DNA of 64,000 bases from Eledone cirrhosa. Taxonomy: Eukaryota. Location: the NCBI GenBank assembly GCA_964016885.1, contig OZ024748.1:22878001-22942000 (forward strand), in the 5' to 3' direction. The notes beneath the pieces were generated by a model, which saw only the letters and a program-made list of their open reading frames with translations, searched no databases and had not been told where the DNA came from. Every line of letters begins with the position of its first letter. The stretch's first letter is position 1. This document shows, in pieces, positions 58,393 through 64,000 of the stretch. The translations under genes and the position numbers were made by a program.

Positions 58393-58467
58393 GCTGTCTG
58401 ATGATCTCACTGCACTGGGTACACCGAAGCGTGTGGCCACTGTCGTCATTGAAATATGTATCACAGC
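58393..58467 (+). ncRNA. Type I hammerhead motif
   Basis: gctgt CTGATGA [imperfect 46-nt stem II] GAAA tatgt ATC acagc; same stem I as the 35049 motif. Confidence 0.6.
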
Positions 58468-58539
58468 CTTATTAAGAAGGGACTTTAACATCTGAAACTA
58501 CTACGTATTTTCTTATTCTCCCCCCCCCTCTCTATATAT

Positions 58540-58625
<86 letters not shown>

Positions 58626-58630
<5 letters not shown>

Positions 58631-59145
58631 TAGAATTGGTGCTCTGAAATAGCGATATATATATATAAATGTATATACAGTGTATTTTGCAATACACTGT
58701 ATGCTTAAAATTTCAAGTAAGTGAGACTGTCACTACTCTAAAACAATAGCGTAAGGTCTTCGAAATGCTTTTAATTAAGCATACAGTGTATTGCAAAATA
58801 CACTGTATATACATTCATATATATATATCGCTATTTCAGAGCACCAATCCTAATTTTCAATTTCTGCTTGACCGGCAACCGCTCTGTATAATCAGTTCCT
58901 GATTATTACTAGAATTCTATAAGAATCAAACATTCATGATTTTCAGCAAACAGGTGGAGAACTTGGCTTTGATAAGTATCAATCAGTACGAAACAGAGCT
59001 CTGTCTGCTTTATCTCCCCTTGTTTGCTGAAAATTTAAAGTAAGTGAGACTGTCACTACTCTAAAACAATAGCATAAGGTCTTCGAAATGCGTTTAATTA
59101 AGCATACAGTGTATTGCAAAATACACTATATATACATTCATATAT
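58626..59145 (+). mobile_element. Family F element with tandem and inverted arms and a U3-A8 hammerhead at 58939-59033
   Basis: Inverted 58626-58709 / 58776-58856; direct 58710-58825 / 59030-59145; TTGATAA gta..tac GAAA cag agct ct GTC. Confidence 0.7.
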
Positions 59146-59155
59146 ATATATATAT

Positions 59156-59509
59156 AAATTAAGAAAAACAATGAATAAAAACAAAGAAACAGTTCCTTAT
59201 ATTAAAAAATTCCTCATTTTACGATCGTTTCTAGGATATATATGTGTGTGTTGGTATGTATATTATGTAGATCTATGTAAAAATTGTACAAACTATCAGA
59301 GGGAATATACATACCTACACATATATATGCTGTCTTCAGAAATAATGTTTCTTTGTTTTTATTCATTGTTTTTATTAATTTATCTTGACTCTGTTTTCCT
59401 GTGATTTTCATCGAAAAAATGTTTGAATACATCTTCTCTTTTCATGATATTTGGATTACATTGAGTTCTTCATACAGATTGGACACTTCCGTATATTTTG
59501 GTAGATTTA

Positions 59510-59512
<3 letters not shown>
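59156..59512 (+). mobile_element. Family E fold-back element
   Basis: Arms 59156-59191 / 59346-59382; tail homologous to 13510-13640. Confidence 0.75.
59214..59345 (-). ncRNA. Type I hammerhead ribozyme with a ~100-nt stem II domain
   Basis: ttattt CTGAAGA cagcatatatatgtgt aggtatgtatatt..aatatacatacc..acacatatatatccta GAAA cgatc GTA aaatga. Confidence 0.7.
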
Positions 59513-60057
<545 letters not shown>

Positions 60058-60198
60058 TTATATATATAATTATTAACGAAACATGAGGCTGATGAGCTAT
60101 TGATTTCAAAGGGTCGATCGATACAGATTAAACCTTAAGCTGATCAACCGCTAAACGCGCGTCATATCTGAATAAACTTGATGATGCTCTGACACATA

Positions 60199-60280
<82 letters not shown>

Positions 60281-60336
60281 TTATATATATTATATATATA
60301 TATATAATAGGAACGAGTAGGATATATATATATATA

Positions 60337-60453
60337 TTAAAGTAACAGATTAAAGTTATTTTAATAAATATTAACTCTAGGGTTCTTATATATTGATATA
60401 TACTTATCCTTATCGAGCCCTCCTTGGATTTTAGTCTTCACATTTATTTTTAT

Positions 60454-60500
<47 letters not shown>

Positions 60501-60562
60501 AACCCTATAGCTAATATTTATTAAAATAACAGATTAAAGTTTAATCTGTTATTTTAATAAAT
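60337..60562. mobile_element. Further (TA)n fold-back family; relatives at 10655-10710 and flanking the Helitron at 15770-15836 / 16634-16685
   Basis: Shared taacagattaaag and gagccctc..ggattttagtcttcac motifs; inverted arms. Confidence 0.6.
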
Positions 60563-60984
60563 ATATATATATATATATATATATGCAATTACACCTATGT
60601 GGGCCTGTGTGTGTATTTAAGTGTGTGTCTGTTGTGTGTATATGTGTATATATGTGTGTTTCTATATATCTCTCTCTCTCACTCCTTCTGCATGTGTGTG
60701 TGTGTGTGTGTGTGTCTGTATGTGTGTGTCTCTGTGTGTATGTGTATGTGTGTAAAGGTGGTGTTAAGTGAAAACGTTCGTCTCTGTGTGTAAATTGATA
60801 AGAGCCACCTGCAGTGAGACGACGACAAACATGAAACAACAGCTGCTGCTGCTGCTGCTGCATGTGCAACTCTGCATAATTCTAACACCTTACAGAAATA
60901 ATGCAGCAGCCCCTCGTTGCTGCACATAGCTGCAGCTATCAAATACATGTTCCTTGTCGCCATTATATAACGACTTACTACTAT

Positions 60985-62425
60985 TGTTGTTGTTGGTGGT
61001 GGTGATGGTGGTATTGGTGGTGGTATTGGTGGTGGTGGTGGTGGTGATGGAGGTGGTGATGGTGGTAGTGGTGGTGGTGGTGATGGAGGTGGTGATGGTG
61101 GTATTGGTGGTGGTATTGGTGGTGATGGTGGTAGTGGTGGTGGTATTGGTGGTGATGGTGGTGGTGGTGGTGGTGGTGGTATTGGTGATGGTGTTGGTGG
61201 TGATAGTGGTAGTGGTGGTAGTGGTGATGGAGGTGGTGATGGTGGTATTGGTGGTGGTATTGGTGGTGATGGTGGTAGTGGTGGTGGTGGTGATGGAGGT
61301 GGTGATGGTGGTATTGGTGGTGGTATTGGTGGTGATGGTGGTAGTGGTGGTGGTGGTGATGGAGGTGGTGATAGTGGTAGTGGTGGTGGTGGTGATGGAG
61401 GTGGTGATGGTGGTATTGGTGGTGGTGGTAGTGGTGGTGGTGGTGATGGAGGTGGTGATGGTGGTATTGGTGGTGGTATTGGTGGTGATGGTGGTAGTGG
61501 TGGTGGTGGTGATGGAGGTGGTGATAGTGGTAGTGGTGGTGGTGGTGATGGAGGTGGTGATGGTGGTATTGGTGGTGGTATTGGTGGTGATGGTGGTAGT
61601 GGTGGTAGTGGTGATGGAGGTGGTGATGGTTGTATTGGTGGTGGTGGTAGTGGTGGTGGTGGTGATGGAGGTGGTGATGGTGGTATTGGTGGTGGTATTG
61701 GTGGTGATGGTGGTAGTGGTGGTAGTGGTGATGGAGGTGGTGATGGTGGTATTGGTGGTGGTGGTAGTGGTGGTGGTGGTGATGGAGGTGGTGATGGTGG
61801 TATTGGTGGTGGTGGTGGTGGTATTGGTGGTGGTATTGGTGGTGATGGTGGTAGTGGTGGTGGTATTGGTAGTGATGGTGGTGGTGGTGGTGGTGGTGGT
61901 GGTATTGGTGATGGTATTGGTGGTGATAGTGGTAGTGGTGGTGGTGGTGATGGAGGCGGTGATGGTGGTAGTGGTGGTGGTGGTGATGGAGGTGGTGATG
62001 GTGGTATTGGTGGTGGTATTGGTGGTGATGGTGGTAGTGGTGGTGGTATTGGTGGTGGTGGTGGTGATGGAGGTGGTGATGGTGGTATTGGTGGTGGTGG
62101 TGGTGATGGAGGTGGTGATGGTGGTATTGGTGGTGGTATTGGTGGTGATGGTGGTAGTGGTGGTGGTATTGGTGGTGATGGAGGTGGTGATGGTGGTATT
62201 GGTGGTGGTATTGGTGGTGATGGTGGTAGTGGTGGTGGTGATGGTGGTGGTGATATTGATGGCGGTAGTGGTAGTGGTAGTGGTGGTAATGGTGGTGGTT
62301 GTATTGATGGTGGTAGTGGCGATAGTGGTTGTGGTGGTGGTAGTGGTGATGGTATTAGTAGTGGTGGTGGTGGTGAGGTTGGCAGTGGTGTTGGTTGTCG
62401 TGTTGGTGGTGGTGATGGTGGTGTG
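60985..62425. repeat. (GGT)n-derived minisatellite (ggtgatggaggtggtgatggtggtatt units)
   Basis: Direct reading. Confidence 0.9.
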
Positions 62426-62608
62426 ATGATGCCGACTTTGAATAAACAACTGAGGGTTAAGTTATAGAACTGTAAAATTTGACAGTTTGAAAATTTGAAA
62501 TCTTGTAATTATAATATTATGGCCCTAATTAGGCGACCAGATAAACATATGTCAGTTCGACAATGCCTTGAATCTTTGGTGTTTTTTTAATCAATATATA
62601 TATGCATA

Positions 62609-63190
<582 letters not shown>

Positions 63191-63352
63191 GGTAATTCCG
63201 AAAGAAAAGCAAAGGAAAAAAGAGTGCTCTATGTATAGAACAGAGCTATTTAATTAGAAATTGAACAACACAAAATATAACTACTCCATTACCAAAGGTT
63301 TTGGGATCAGATAGAGATGTTATGGATAAAAAATATTTTTTATCCATAACAT

Positions 63353-63420
63353 CTCTGTCTGATGACCGATCCAGACGTTTATTAATATTGTCTGGGATCC
63401 GGAAACCTTTGGTAATGGAG
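63353..63420 (+). ncRNA. Type I hammerhead ribozyme in fold-back family J (63248-63460)
   Basis: ctctgt CTGATGA ccgatccagac..gtctgggatccg GAAA cc ttt g GTA atggag; the inverted arm has lost stem II. Confidence 0.75.
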
Positions 63421-63474
63421 TAGTTATATTTTGTGCTGTTCACTTTCTAATTAAATGAATAAATATATATAAAT

Positions 63475-63703
63475 ATCTATCTATCTATCTAAGGCGGGTA
63501 AAATTCCCGAGATCCATGGACGAGTTCTCTCCAGCGGTCTCTGTCCCTCATTATCGCTGTCATATCCTGCATCTCCAACAGACCAGTGTCTGTCCTTAGG
63601 GCATCAACATGTGTTAACCTTGGTATTCCTCTTCTAGTGTGTCCATGTAGGGGCTCCCAAAGGAGCACTGAGTGCAATGTCAACTCTGGATGTCGGTGAG
63701 CAT
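63475..63703 (-). mobile_element. Short 3' fragment of the same RTE family as 8429-8810
   Basis: Near-identical to 8427-8651, with (AGAT)n tail. Confidence 0.9.
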
Positions 63704-63714
63704 ATATATATATA

Positions 63715-63801
<87 letters not shown>

Positions 63802-63811
<10 letters not shown>

Positions 63812-64000
63812 AGATCAAAAGATGGTTAAATGAGTTCCATGTATTTTATTATGCGCATTTCAAAAACAAATATCATCATGCAATAACATTTGTGTTTTCA
63901 TCAGATAAAATAGGAGGACATGATATGAAGGTTTAAAACACTTGTGGATAGTGCAGTTTTAAATCAACATATGTTGATTTAAAACTGCACTATTCACAAG
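63802..64000. mobile_element. Family A fold-back element running off the window; hammerhead at 63842-63912 (-)
   Basis: Palindrome centre aaatcaacat|atgttgattt at 63970/63971; tattttat CTGATGA..GAAA tgcgc ATA ataaaata. Confidence 0.85.

Noticed and set aside
58240-58491. Possible minus-strand exon (83-aa ORF with AG/GT-like ends)
   Set aside because: No recognisable protein; the plus strand holds a hammerhead motif and the segment abuts (TA)n.

Overview
Repeat-saturated, AT-rich animal genomic DNA, intronic or intergenic. The repeat types suggest an octopus/coleoid genome, but that is inference. I found no convincing host exon, and nearly all long ORFs in the track are microsatellite artefacts. 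Recognisable content: (1) a near-full-length but disrupted Tx1/L1-clade LINE in (ATCT)n, followed by two 5'-truncated relatives; (2) RTE and R4/Dong-like LINE fragments, including an RTE copy with a twin-priming-type 5' inversion and an 11-bp TSD; (3) tRNA-derived SINEs, a Helitron, and hAT and Tc1/mariner MITEs; (4) two Penelope-like (GIY-YIG) ORF remnants. The main signal is in the short unique islands between (TA)n tracts. Many are fold-back elements from about 10 unrelated sequence families, and most families carry a type I hammerhead ribozyme motif (CUGAnGA..GAAA..NUH). By eye I count more than 20 motifs in 64 kb, often as sense plus antisense pairs. They show compensatory stem changes, a recurrent U3-A8 core variant, palindromic loop III (dimer type) and stem II inserts up to about 100 nt. 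All alignments and folds were done by eye; boundaries may be off by a few bases.
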